A stretch of DNA of 64,000 bases from Eledone cirrhosa (lineage: Eukaryota): assembly GCA_964016885.1 (NCBI GenBank), contig OZ024743.1:305908001-305972000 (forward strand). Reading direction: 5' to 3'. The stretch's first letter is position 1. Each line of letters opens with the position of its first letter. The position numbers were made by a program, and so were the translations under genes. The notes under the pieces were generated by a model. That model made no database searches and was not told the origin of the DNA. It saw only the letters and a list, made by a program, of their open reading frames with translations. Positions 41,321 to 54,529 of this stretch are shown here, piece after piece.

Positions 41321-41321
<1 letters not shown>

Positions 41322-44300
41322 CATCATGACCATCATCATCATCGTCGATTAACGTCTATCTTCCACGCTAGCATGGGTTAGACGGGTTTGTCCCATTTAG
41401 AGGCAAGTTGAGTCGGCTGGATGCCCTTCCTGACGCCAACCACATTTACAGTGTGTGCTGGGTGCTTTTGGGGTGCTTTTTGTCGTGAAACCTACACGAT
41501 CACTTTACAGTTTGGGCTGGATGTTCTTTACAGTGTGGACTGGACACTTTTGTCTTGTGACTAGGGAACGTGGAGGGGCTTGGGGGAAAATGTGGACAGG
41601 GTAGAAGGGGAGGTATGGTTACTGCTAAGGGAAGTGAATGAGAGGGGATAGAAGGTTGAGGAAGGGGTTGCCTACTAGGTATAAGCCGCATCCCGAGAAC
41701 AATAGAGGGGCGGTCTTCCGTAAAACTGCATAGCGCCAGAGGTCGCGGTCCTGAGTCATTGCCTTGTGCAAGGTCAGCTTTTATTACCTCATTCCAAGTC
41801 TTCCTAGGCCTGCCCACACCACGGCTACCGTCTACTTTGAGCACTCTGCACTTTATTATACAGCTGTCATTCTTGATACGCACCACATGTCCATACCAAC
41901 GCAAACTCCTCTCCTGCATGCAACAACTAATCCCTCTTGAGCCTAATTTCTCACACAGTGTATTTATACTTTGCCGTTCACGTATATTGCTATAGCACAT
42001 CCAGCGAAGCATGGAGGCTTCATTTCTGTCAAATCTTCGCAGGTCCTCCACACACAGTGCCCAGGTTTCGCTGCCGTGCAACATTGTTGTTCGTATACAT
42101 GCATCATACAGTCTGCTTTTCATTTTGAGAGAAAAACCTTTTGTAGTTAGTAACGGTAGTAGCTCCCTGAATTTTCTCCAACCCGATCTCACTCTGGTTA
42201 TTGTGCTTTCGGAACACCCTCCCACACTACTGATTTGGTCACCCAGGTAATGGAATCTATCTACCACTTCAACCGAGCCATCTGAACATTTGAAGGTGGT
42301 TGTATCCTGGGGGTTCTTGCTACTTACTGCTCCTGTGCACCTGCCACAAGTAAAACCTACAATCTTTGTTAGCCTGCTTGAGATCCCACTACATCTCTTG
42401 CGATCCCATTGCTTGCATTTGGTACATAGAATGAAATTTCTACCTACTCCTTTTCTGCACACTAAGCAGGGCCATTTCCCAGAGGCGATCTGTGCCCTGT
42501 TATCCCTACTACTTACTAGGACTTTTGTCTTTGCCAGGTTGATTTTAAGACCCTTCGATTTCAGGCCTTGCCTCCAGGTTTGAAATTTCATCTCTAGTTC
42601 AGCTATAGATTCGCCTATATGGGTTAGGTCATCAGCATACAGAAGTTCTCATGGGCCGCCGGTCTTATACTCCTACGTTATTGCCTGCAGAACGATGATA
42701 AACAGAAGAGGGCTAAGAACAGAGCCCTGATGGACACCAACCGGCACACTAAATTCTTCGTTATAATCATTGCTAATTCTAACCTTACTGGTTGTTCTTC
42801 TAAATATTGCATGGACTGCCCTCACGAGCCATTCGTCAACACTTTGTTTCCTAAGATCCCACCAGATAATGGAACGGGGGACTCTGTCAAAGGCTTTCTT
42901 AAGGTCGACAAAAGGTAGGTAGAGGGGCTTACTCTTAGCTAGGTATTTCTCCTGTAGTTGTCTTACAAGGAAGAGGGCATCAGTGGTACTCTTACTTGGC
43001 ACAAATCCAAACTGCATCTCATTTATGTTAACACGTTCTCTAATTGACTTTCATAACCTGGTCAACCAACTTAATGCCTCTATAGCTTTCTCTATCTAAG
43101 GCATCTCTTTTGCCCTTGTAGCAGTTTACGGTGATGCTGCTACACCAGTCATTGGGTACAATACCATTTTCTATGACTTGGTTTACAATGCAGGAAACTA
43201 TGGTGTGGCCCACCATACCTGAAGTTTTCAGCATCTCAGCAACTATCCCTGAGGGGCCAGCTGCCCTGCCTGACTCCATATCCTTGATTGCCTTACTTAC
43301 TATACCACCGCTAACTTGTACAGCCAGTCCCTTCGTTGAATCGACGTGTGACTGACTGTCTTTATTCCATACATTCTCCTCATTAACCTTTGATAGTAAC
43401 CTTTGATAGTGACACTTCTATGCTACCTTCTTTTCAGCGTCAGTGAGGGCAAGTTCGCTAAAGTCATTTCTGACACACTTCTCCCCACCGACTTCACAAT
43501 TATCCCTGACACACTGTCTAACGATCCTGAACACCTCGTATCTTTGATTCTCACGCTGCCAAACATGCTTAAATTTTTCGTTTTCTGCTTCCCTTCTAGC
43601 CTTCTGGTAAACTTTCCTGCTACCCCCATTACGCCAATCTATCCAAGCCTGTCTTTTGGCCTTAATTTTCTCATCTACTTTACTATTCCACCACCAAGTC
43701 ACTCTTCGTCTCCTAAGGGACCTACTCCACCCATAGATTTAGTCTGTCGTCTTCAGTAACTTATCTTTCAGGAACTCCTACTGCTCCTCTATATCGTAAG
43801 TTCTCTATTTGCTCTTCCTTTCAGTCGAAGGCGTTGGTCAACATACTTCTAAATTTGTCACTGTTTGATGGGTCTTTTAACTTCCATACTCGTCTCCTCC
43901 AGGTAAGCTTCTGTTGTCGGGTTCTTCTAGCCCTGGATATAAGGTCGCTCACGACTAGTTTATGTTGGGATGGGCATTCTTCACTGGGGAGTGATTCTGT
44001 GTTCCTAACAGTCACTCTGTCTCGTCCTCTAGTAACAATGAAATAAATTTGGCTAGCGTGGTCACCTGATCTATATGTGATTAGGTGGCTGTCTCGTTTT
44101 CTGAAGTTCGTGTTACAGATAGATAGATCTTTGGCATCACAGAATTTCAGTAGTCTGAAGCCTTCCTCGTGTCTAGGTCCGTACCCATAACCCACCGTGG
44201 ATCCCATCAGAGCCATCGGAGAGTTGTCCCACATGTTCGTTGAAGTCGCCTGTAATGAGTAGGAAGTCGTTGTGGTTAATTTGGGAGGTAGCGAGCATTA

Positions 44301-44660
44301 GGGACTCATAGAACCTGTCTTTTCGTATCCAGACTGAGGGGTGTAGGCAAATATAATTGTCATGGTTGTTCTGTTTAGTACAAGTCTAAGTTTAATTATT
44401 GTCTATTTACAGCAATAACTTTGTTTACCCTCTTTTCTGTTACCAAAATCCCTATTCCACCTAGCCCATCGTCATTTCCCACCCAGAAAAATTTGTAGCA
44501 ACGTTTTTTTTTACCTACAAGGAATCTAGCTGATATATCTCTCCATCTAGTCTCATGTACACAGCACACATCGACTTTTATTCTTTCAACATCTCTACAA
44601 TCTCTCCGGATCTATCTTTCATGGTGCCAACGTTGATGGTGGCAAGTCTGAAGTTCGTGG
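41321..44660 (-). mobile_element. decayed near-full-length RTE LINE (different family) with (GAT)n tail
   Basis: ATINVGTM, GDFN, SQHKLV, YRGIKL, QFGF..DLKKAFDRVPR, GVHQGSVLSP, LLYADDL, RWYGHV, GRPRKTW. Confidence 0.92.
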
Positions 44661-45135
44661 GGTGAAGGTAGATGGGAGCTTGGTGGTGGTGGTGGTGGTG
44701 GTGTGTGTGTGTGTGTGTGTGGGGGGGGGGGGTAGTTGGTGATGGTTTTCCATGGCTGAAATAAAGAAGAGCGATTACGTGATTGTACAGAGGTGGTTGG
44801 TGGGTTCATATATGTTGATTAGTAATGCTCCAACTTAGTAATCCATAAGCCATACAGAAATAAACATCAGATAAAAAAAAATCAACTGTCCTAGGAAAAG
44901 ATTGAGTTAACTGGTTGCTAGTTTGTGCTGCAGAGGTATGATTGGTTGATGTGGTAATGGTGGACGGGAGGAGAGTTGGGACATGGTGAAAGTAAAAAAG
45001 GAAATATGGGTTAGGAGGAAAATGAAAGAGATTACATTACTTGACAGAAAACACGATGATAGTAAATAATGAACCGTATCCGAGAAAATTTAAGATTGAA
45101 GTGAAAGGGTCTATAGCATGATAGGGTGGCCCAAA

Positions 45136-45177
<42 letters not shown>

Positions 45178-45179
<2 letters not shown>

Positions 45180-45870
45180 TCATCATCATCATATTATGTC
45201 CGCTTTTCCCTGCTTTCAAGAGTGGGACGGGTCCTATTCAGCACAGTATGTCTCCATTCATCACGGTCCTTCGTCATATCAGATATACATATTTATATTT
45301 CAGGAGTAGCACCATTTTACATCTAATGTTCCAAGCTCTTAGTGCAACATCTCAACACTCATCCCATTCTTTTGCTATCTCCTCAGCTTCAGTAATTTGA
45401 GATCATCTCTCACCACTTCCAATGGGATCTTCCTTGGTCTTTCTCTACTGTAGCTCCCTTCCACTAGCATTTCTTGATACTCCTACACCCAGTCATCACC
45501 ATCCATGCATATCACATGTCCATACAAGCGCAGTCTTCTCTGTTTCACACTAAATTTGATTCCACTTATGCCTACCTTCTCTTTCAGTTCATCCATGTTT
45601 TATTTTTTATACATATTAGTATTTCACATCCATTGAAACATGGTTGTTTCATTTCTCCCCAGTCATTCTATGTCCTCTGTGTTCACTGCTCATGTTTCAC
45701 TACCATGCAGCATTGTACTTTGCATACATTTGTCATACAGCCAACCTTTCATTGTTGTTGACAGCAGGAATAGCTCTCTAAATTTATTCCAACCTGTCCT
45801 TATTCTAACTGCTATGCTCTTGCAGCACACTCCTCTACTGCTAATCATATCACCAAGGTAGCAGGATAAG
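45178..45870 (-). mobile_element. 5'-truncated RTE fragment
   Basis: Remnants resembling YLGD, GWNKFRELF, MLHGSET, RLRLYGHV; (GAT)n tail. Confidence 0.8.
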
Positions 45871-46432
45871 TGTTAAATTTTCAATTTCCTGATTTCTTTG
45901 GATGTTCCTATACTATATATATATATATATATATTGTTGTGTAATGTTATATATTGCTGATGATTATATATAGCTGTATATATGAGTGTTATGTATGTAC
46001 GTGCGTATCTGTTAGACACGCAGTGACTAACAACAGAATGTTTTAAGTCTGCGTGTCTGACATATATGCGTAGCTTGTGAATAAAAAATTCAAGGGATTT
46101 CGCTGGCCGTGGTGATCCCAGCCAAATATCTTTTGTAATGTATCGTCTTATTGGCTAATCAACCAATGCGAGTAATTGTTGCTCAAAAGCATCCGCCACT
46201 TTGTTTGCACGTTTTTTTATCGTTTTGCTTTCGAATCTTCCTCCTGTATTTCGTCGTTTTATCATCAAAATAAATTTCTCGTTTTGGTAAGTTATATTGT
46301 TAATTTATATATGATTTTTTAAAATTTATATTAACTAATTTTTTTTCAGTTCGGTATAACATGCTTATAATATGGTTGTATCATATTTACTTGTATATTT
46401 GTCCATATTATTGTTCGTTTTATGTTAGGGAA

Positions 46433-47273
46433 TTACTCTTTAAGTGTGTGTAGGAGGAATAGTCCGACTAAATCACACACGTTAGCACAGTCAAAAGAAC
46501 CCATTGAGACATCGAATGGGTTCTCTGGGTTAGATATTTTTACCCAAGTGTCATTATTAGTAAATAGTAAAGTGTTTCTAGCATGCAAAATGACATTCTC
46601 TTCAACATCAAAAATATTGATAAACATTCTAGCGAAATTTAAGGCTTTCGTTAAAAGAGGGTGAGTAATAGTCTGGTAGAAGTCTACAATGTCAAATTGG
46701 GTGAATCTAGAACTATTTTTATCTTTAATATTATTAAACCAATGTACTACGGAAGAGCTATTTATCCATTGGAGTAATTCAAACTTACTTCTAATATGTT
46801 TGTTTATATTATTTAATATTTTTTTGCTAGCAAGACCGATTTCAGTCTTAGCAGGGTTGATTAATCTACAACTAGGACGATTAACAAAATCAGGTTTGCG
46901 ATCTTTGGGGGTGATATAGGCATTACGTTTAGTAAGTTTTTCTGTTCTATTGTCTATTTTAAAAAAACTAGCTAATTCTTTAGCTTCCTTATTTACAGTA
47001 TTATAGGTGTTTATATTAGCTATTTGGTATTTAGAGGTGATGTTATCTGTTAAGAGTTGGTCATGTAAGTTATTAGTAACTTGGTATAAGTTTTTAGTTT
47101 TGTCAGAGAAAATGAACTTATTTTTAGAAGATTTGAAAATTGAAATATCGTTAGATAGTTTAGATTGAAAAAGGTTAGAGTACTTACGGAATTTGATTTG
47201 GTTGATTACATTAACTAAGTCTAGTTCAAAAGCGGTCATATCTTTTACTCTTTGCGAGTATTTATGAGACTTG
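46433..47273 (-). pseudogene. Naiad-type Penelope-like RT (N-terminal half), inverted relative to its endonuclease
   Basis: CRLINPAKTEIG, FTQFDIVDFY, WVK..FDVSMGSFD..VCDLVGLFLL; truncated before YRDD. Confidence 0.88.
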
Positions 47274-47823
47274 ATATCAAAATACTCCTGCGGTCCCCCT
47301 ATTAAATCTTATATCCTCAATAAGAAAATACCCAGAGAACAACAAAATTGCTCCTGTAGAGTCAAAACTGAATGCCCATTACAAGGTAAATGCAACACCA
47401 AAGCCAGTTTATGCGGCTAAAGTGACAACCACCAGCAACAACCTACCAGCCACCAGCGAACGATATGTGGGTATGACACAAGACAAATTCAAAACGCGTT
47501 ATTACTTACATGTCGCATCTTTCCGACATCCCGAAAAAAGATTTACAACAGCGCTGGCTAGCAGAATATGGGATTTGAAAGACCAAGATATCCAATATAA
47601 ATTAGATTGGTCAATTTTGAACCAATCTAAAGAATATGCAAGAGGAACAAGGAGATGCGCACTCTGCATAAGTGAAAAATATTGGATTTTACAGAACCTT
47701 AAATCACCAAAAACCTGCCTAAATGCTAAAACAGAAATTTTCACCAGTTGCCCACACATGAAATCACACTTGCTTTCCAGCTCATATAAATTTAACTCAC
47801 TTTCAGATACTTATCCTCCATAA
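47274..47823 (+). pseudogene. Penelope-like zinc finger plus GIY-YIG endonuclease (one frameshift near 47408)
   Basis: CSCRVKTECPLQGKC, VY..YVGMT, FKTRY..H, CALCISEK, LNAKTE..CPH. Confidence 0.88.
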
Positions 47824-48317
47824 ACTCTTGTTCTTCACTTTCCTTAAATTACCCTCTTTACAGACTTCTCTTTCTGATTTACTTTTATTTTTATTTTTAA
47901 CTTTATTTTTATTTTTAACTTTATTTTTACTTCACATCCACCAGTGAAACCCCCCTCCCGCCCCTGCTTTTTGATTCACTTACTTTATATCTTCACAATT
48001 TTACGTATTTTACACATTTTCGTATTTTACGTATTTTACGCATTTTCTTTCATTACCTGATATCACTTGTCACTTACGTTTTCAACTCCAGATATATTCT
48101 GTTGTCTCTCAGCCGCTTTTATGTATGTTTGCTAGCGTATAATTTGTACTCATTTATTCATACGGCTGGTTTTTATATTGTATCTATGCGTGTGAGCGTG
48201 CATGTGTGAGTATGCGTGTTTGTATATGTATACGAATGCATTCGTATGTGCGCGTGTGTGTGTATATGTGTGTTTCTATATCTCTGTTTTTTACATACTT
48301 ATATATATGTGTGTGTG

Positions 48318-48416
<99 letters not shown>

Positions 48417-48665
48417 ATGTATATTTGTATATATATATATATAGTCGCGTGCGTGTGATTAGATGTACATGTACGTATATATATATATATGCTTCGTGTG
48501 TATGTATGCGCGCCTTTGTATGTATGTACGCATGTATGTGCTTTTGTCTGTACGTATTTATATATATATTTTTATATATATATGTGTATCTACGAACCTA
48601 TGTTTTTTACTATTTTTTCAAGTGTTACTTTATAATTGATAACCCCTCCCTCTTCCGTAAGTACT

Positions 48666-48897
48666 CTAGTTCAAAAGCGGTCATATCTTTTACTCTTTGC
48701 GAGTATTTATGAGACTTGATATCAAAATACTCCTGCGGTCCCCCTATTAAATCTTATATCCTCAATAAGAAAATACCCAGAGAACAACAAAATTGCTCCT
48801 GTAGAGTCAAAACTGAATGCCCATTACAAGGTAAATGCAACACCAAAGCCATTGTATATGCGGCTAAAGTGACAACCACCAGCAACAACCTACCAGT
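48666..48897. repeat. duplicate of 47221-47449, spanning the RT/EN inversion junction
   Basis: Near-identical sequence at offset 1445; this copy lacks the frameshift. Confidence 0.93.
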
Positions 48898-49406
48898 TTT
48901 TTATTCTCATATATTTTTTCATTTTTTCATTTTTATATATGTATCGACCTTCAGCCTGACACTGCTTTGACTGATACACTCTCTTCCCTGTATATATCAC
49001 TCGCATGTATGTGGTTGCGCGTCTGTGTGTGTTTATACGCGTGCTTTCATACTTGTATGTGTATATATTTTAATCCTTATTACCTGAATCTGGATGTACG
49101 TTAACTCTATTATCTTACAATTTATTTTTTAACATATATTATATACGTATTTGTGGTCACACATACACTGATATGCTTGCCCTCATATATGTACTTACGC
49201 ACACATTTTTTCACTATACACATACATTTGTACATACACACATATATACATTTTGAGTGAATATACACACATTTATACACATACCCCAACTATATTTCCT
49301 TATTTTATTTTTATATATCTCTTGCATTACTTTTATTTATATATTTTTTTGCCCGTTAAACTTTTGCCTTTCTTGAGGAGATTTTTCAAATATTTCACTG
49401 TTTTAA

Positions 49407-49482
49407 ATTGCCTTGTCCGACGAACGAATGAGGACGTTTCTTGTATTTGTCTTATTCGGGAAACCTCTGGTAATGAGGTAAT
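49407..49482 (+). ncRNA. hammerhead family A, U4C core (CCGACGA)
   Basis: Same stems as 21628-21705. Confidence 0.75.
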
Positions 49483-49494
49483 TATATTGTATTG

Positions 49495-49556
<62 letters not shown>

Positions 49557-49562
<6 letters not shown>

Positions 49563-49822
49563 AGATTTGAATGGATACAGTTTAGTTGAAAGGAATTCAT
49601 TGACACGTGTTTCTATAACAGTTACATAACCTAAAACAGCTGCTATCTATCTGTTATAGAAACACGTGTCAATAAATTCCTTTCAACTAAACTGTATCCA
49701 TTCAAATCTTTCTATTTTTCTCCGGATTACTTTTGAAACTACAACTGGAACCGTCGAGCAAACTCTACGTGAGCTGATAATCTACTGTGTGTAATATTTA
49801 TATTACAACACAACGGAAAATA

Positions 49823-49826
<4 letters not shown>
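49557..49826. mobile_element. short element in (TA)n: 65-bp inverted arms (49557-49621 / 49651-49715) each with the 3' half of a hammerhead, plus tail
   Basis: GAAA-CACGTG-TC at 49659-49670 and mirrored in the left arm; no CTGANGA. Confidence 0.8.
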
Positions 49827-49894
<68 letters not shown>

Positions 49895-49971
49895 ATATAT
49901 GTGTGTATATATGTGTGTATGTATGTATATATATATATATATATATAAATGTGTGTATATTCATATATATA

Positions 49972-50042
<71 letters not shown>

Positions 50043-50047
50043 CTATC

Positions 50048-50227
50048 GGTGAATTGGCAGTATGGGTAGAGGGTCGAACGCCATGCTTTCTAGCATAGTT
50101 ACGTCCCTTTACAGTCTGAGTTCAAATCCTGCCGAGGTTAACTTTGCCTTTCATCCTTACGTGGTCGATAAAATAAAGTACCAGTAATGTACTGATTAAT
50201 TGCTGGCCTTGTGCCTAAAGTAGAAAC

Positions 50228-50230
<3 letters not shown>
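50048..50230 (+). mobile_element. tRNA-derived SINE
   Basis: Full copy with A/B boxes, colinear with 15832-16010. Confidence 0.9.
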
Positions 50231-50265
<35 letters not shown>

Positions 50266-50462
50266 ATATGTATATGTGTATGCGTACAATTATATATATG
50301 TATATATGTATGTGTGTGTAAGTATGCTTTTGTGTTATTTTGTGTGTGTTTGCATGTGTAGTTTTATTTTACTTTTCCTTTCCTTCTCCCTTTTCCAGCC
50401 TCACTTTCATATAGATTGCATTTTTGTTTTTAGAATCTATATTCAATAAACAAACCATGATT

Positions 50463-50522
50463 TTTCATTCTGAGGATTGAAAGCAAAACCTTTTGCTTTT
50501 AAGAAACCACTGGTAAATGGAA
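50463..50522 (+). ncRNA. type I hammerhead, family B
   Basis: TTTCATT-CTGAGGA-TTGAAAGCAAAA-CC-TTTTGCTTTTAA-GAAA-CCACTGG-TA-AATGGAA. Confidence 0.87.
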
Positions 50523-50741
50523 TAATTGCCTTATGTTGTTTATTACATAATAATAATAAATATATATATATATATATATAATATATTTAGAAACACACAG
50601 ATACATGCGGGGACACACATATACATGAATGCATCCACACTCAACCGTGAGTTAATGGTGCCAACCTTACCGATGTTGCTCAATGAATGACTGGGACAGA
50701 CCAATCCGGTTGAACTAGACTGAACCAGTATCAGAGTTAAA

Positions 50742-51184
50742 AATACATTATGAAGAGAGAAGGAACATTTAGATATAATTAGTAATAAAATGCATCATAC
50801 CTAAACTGCTCCTAGATTCCTCGTCTACGTCGTTTCGTGGCATAAACAAAAACAATACATCATAAAGATATAGAGTCCCGCCTCCGTGGTATTTTCTTCG
50901 GTGTTATAAGAGGCTTAGCTCTGTTTCTCGACCGTTATATCGCGTGACTATCTCCCCCTCCGCCTTTTGGGATTCTTTCTCACGTCGTGTAGACGCGTTC
51001 TTGAGACTAGTAAAATGAGGTATCCTCTTGATAAGTCGGCAGACCTCGCAGGGACTCTATATCTTTATGATGTATTGTTTTTGTTTATGCCACGAAACTA
51101 CGTAGTCGAGGAATCTAGGAGCAGTTTAGGTATGATGCATTTTATTACTAATTATATCTAAATGTTCCTTCTCTCTTCATAATG

Positions 51185-51188
<4 letters not shown>
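50742..51188. mobile_element. element in (TA)n with about 140-bp inverted arms (50742-50881 / 51048-51188)
   Basis: Near-perfect reverse-complement arms around a 165-bp spacer. Confidence 0.88.
51023..51112 (+). ncRNA. type I hammerhead with U3-A8 compensatory core and large loop 2
   Basis: TCCTC-TTGATAA-GT(C)GGCA..TGCCAC-GAAA-CTACGTAG-TC-GAGGA. Confidence 0.72.
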
Positions 51189-51259
<71 letters not shown>

Positions 51260-51276
51260 ATATAGATATATATATG

Positions 51277-51340
<64 letters not shown>

Positions 51341-51377
51341 GTATATATATGTATATATATATATGTGTATATATATA

Positions 51378-51430
<53 letters not shown>

Positions 51431-51519
51431 ATGTGTATTTATGTATTTGTTTGTATATGTGTATATTTATATGTATATACAATTAAGTTAAAAATGTACA
51501 TCCACATATGTATACTGAA

Positions 51520-51566
<47 letters not shown>

Positions 51567-51644
51567 TGTATATATATATATATATGTGTATATATATTAT
51601 CAAGAAAACGAAAAATCAGTGATGTATCTCGACTTAGTTTATTT

Positions 51645-51735
51645 CATGTTACAAATGTTTCGCCGGCATGTAGCTCGAGTCATGGTCCTTGTATGGATCT
51701 GGCTGATTCTACTTCTGCGGGTTCTTTCAGACACG
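51645..51735 (-). ncRNA. degenerate hammerhead-like motif
   Basis: CGTGT-CTGAAAGA-..long stem II..-GAAA-CATTTG-TA-ACATG; one extra core base. Confidence 0.45.
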
Positions 51736-51768
51736 GCTGTTATGTCCGGAGCAAATTTTATCGCTGTC

Positions 51769-51865
<97 letters not shown>

Positions 51866-51974
51866 GGGTGTGTATATATGTTTATATATATATATAGGTA
51901 TTGAAGTTTCCGTTGAAAATTGAAAAAGTCATAGGAGTGAAGAGTGCTCTATGTAAGTACCAGAACAAAATTTA

Positions 51975-52341
51975 ATGTATAATAAACAATACAATATAAT
52001 TACCTCATTACCAGAGGTTTCCCGAATAAGACGAATACGAAAGAAACGTCCTCATTCGTTCGTCGGACGAGGCAATATAAAACATAGTGAAATATTTGGA
52101 AATTCTCCTCAAGAAAATCAGAGAAAATATATATATATAAATAAAAGTAATGCAATAGACATATAAAATATATAAAAATATAAGGAAATATATTTAGGTG
52201 TGTGTATATGTATGTATATACACTCAGATATGTACATATGTATGTATGTACAAATGCGTGTGTATGGTGAAAATGTGTGCGTAAATATATATATGAGGGC
52301 AAGTATATCTGTGTATATGTAACCACAAATACGGATATAAT
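51975..52341 (-). mobile_element. Naiad 3'-end fragment with family A hammerhead (51999-52076, U4C)
   Basis: Reverse complement of 49140-49500. Confidence 0.85.
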
Positions 52342-53385
52342 ACCAGATAGAAAAATGCGTACAGCAAAAAAAAGTAATATTGTTGGAATATAAACCTTTA
52401 AAAATACAGGACAAGAAACTAAAATAAAACTTTAAAAGAATAGGACAAGAAACTAAGATAAAACTTTAAAGAATTGGACAAGAAATAAAAAATGTTACAA
52501 TAATATTAGTGGCAAAATTTTTATTGGTAAAAAATCGAGTTCCACATTAATAGGCTCTGGGTTCCACATTCAGAGGTCGTCATTTGATCCTGGTTTGAAC
52601 ACCAATTGGGCCATAACCATACCCCTATTTCATCATTCGGCGACACGCCTCATGTGTCATGCATAATGTGAATGGACCCATGGGCCCATGAGCACAGATC
52701 TTGAGCAGCAGCGGACGGTCTTGTCGTCCCGGTCATCCTTGATCTTGACCAACCCGTCCATCTTCTCCTTGCATCTTGTCCTTGAGTTCAAGTCCGGCAG
52801 TCCAGATGAATGCGTGCCACAGCTTTCTGGTACAGGAAGGGGGAGCAGGAGGACTGGAGGGATGACGGGACAGAGGGAGGGAGGACCGGTGGTTGAGGGA
52901 GGTGCCGTAGTCGGTAGTCAGAGTCGACATCTTGTCCCGGTCGTCTTCTCCATCTTCGTCTGGTGTTGCGGGACCAGAAGTGCATTCTTGGAGGAGACCT
53001 GCAGCTGCATCGGCCAATTCTTCTTAAAATGGTCATTCTGACGGAGCAGAACTGCTCAGCCAACCAACCCCAACCAGAACCAACCGCTCAGGGGCAACGC
53101 ACAATGAGAGCATGACAATTATTATGCACTAATCAAGAAGATTCTGGGGCATAGCACAGGAAACGAATAAAAAAATTTTGCCACTAATATTATTGTAAAA
53201 TTTTTTATTTCTTGTCCAATTCTTTAAAGTTTTATCTTAGTTTCTTGTCCTATTCTTTAAAGTTTTATCTTAGTTTCTTGTCCTATTCTTTTAAAGTTTT
53301 ATTTTAGTTTCTTGTCCTGTATTTTTAAAGGTTTATATTCCAACAATATTTTTTTTTTTTTGCTGTACGCATTTTTCTATCTGGT
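52342..53385. mobile_element. foldback-like element: 185/220-bp TIRs with internal 31-32-bp tandem units around a 640-bp GC-rich core
   Basis: Arms 52342-52525 and 53166-53385; GGACAAGAAA unit three times on the left and four times on the right; no TSD found. Confidence 0.75.
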
Positions 53386-54529
53386 CTACTATTTTTTAAG
53401 GCAATGCAAGCAACAAATATCTAATAATTAAATGATCATAGTGAATTACTGACAAGTGATTGACATTTTAAAGTTCTTTTGAGTATAATTGCAATCTAGT
53501 TGAGGCAACTGGCTTAATGACAAAGCTAGTAAATCATGAATGCATTTGAGATGATTAGTGCATAATGGTGTTACAATAGATGTATATATAGTAGTAATAC
53601 TTTATCATTTTAACTTTTTAGAATGGACAAAAACCCATGCAAAGAAATGACTTTGACTGCAGTGATTCTCTCCAATTTACTTACAAAGCAAAACGTGGTC
53701 AAATACCTTATCTCTGATAAAATGCCCATTGAATCACTGAAAATCGGATACATGGAATTCCTCATAAAATGCACCTATGAATCGGAAGCCATCACATATA
53801 TCAATTGATATAGGGAGTTGTTCACACTGGAAGACCATCACTTCATTTGTGACTTCATCAGTTATCTCCACAATTATCTCAGACACCCAATGCCATTGAT
53901 GAGAGGTGATCCAATAGGTGTCGGTCCGACAAAGGTGTCAGTCAGACCGACAGTCAGACAGTGTCACAGTCGGTGCGACAAAGCGATCGATGCGATTAAA
54001 AAAAATTCAACTCACATGTTTACCTATATTTTCGCAAACTATTGATAGATTGGTACAAAAAATAGCTTTGATAATAAACATAAATTGTTAACGAAGTATT
54101 TAAAAAGCATTTTAGCAGTGAAAAGTGAAGTAATGTTTCACACTGACGCAAGTAGGGCCGTTCAGAAATGACGTAGTCAATTAGGAGGGGATTCGGCGAT
54201 TTGACTACATTTGACTGACGTAATCACAATCACAAGAGTTCCGCCGAAAAAATTCGTCATTTCTGGATTACCTCCCCTAGCGTCACGCTTACTACTCACT
54301 CACTTGAACACAAGATTTATCAGCAAACTTTGATTATAAACTTTTTCCCGCTGGACCAAATTTCTAAATTTTTAAGCCAAAAGATGCGTAATGATCTACT
54401 GTTCATGCTCATATAAGTTTTATCTCAGTTAAATAAAGTAGAGCCGCGCTGTACTGTCGTAAACAGACGATTGCCAAGGAAAACACGACCACAACAATAT
54501 TACTAAACGGACTACCGTCCGTTTAGGAT

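Larger units (their letters stand above)
47824..49500 (+). mobile_element. 3' UTR / pseudo-LTR of the Naiad PLE, ending in a hammerhead then (TA)n
   Basis: Homologous to 54530-55720 (-), 21426-21728 and 51975-52341 (-). Confidence 0.8.

Noticed and set aside
47330-47823. Selenocysteine-encoding Naiad endonuclease
   Set aside because: The zinc-finger cysteines here and at 62336-62770 are TGT/TGC; no in-frame TGA at Cys positions and no convincing SECIS.
54154-54300. Possible DNA transposon end (GGGCCGTTCAGAAATGACGT)
   Set aside because: No matching second terminus or TSD found.
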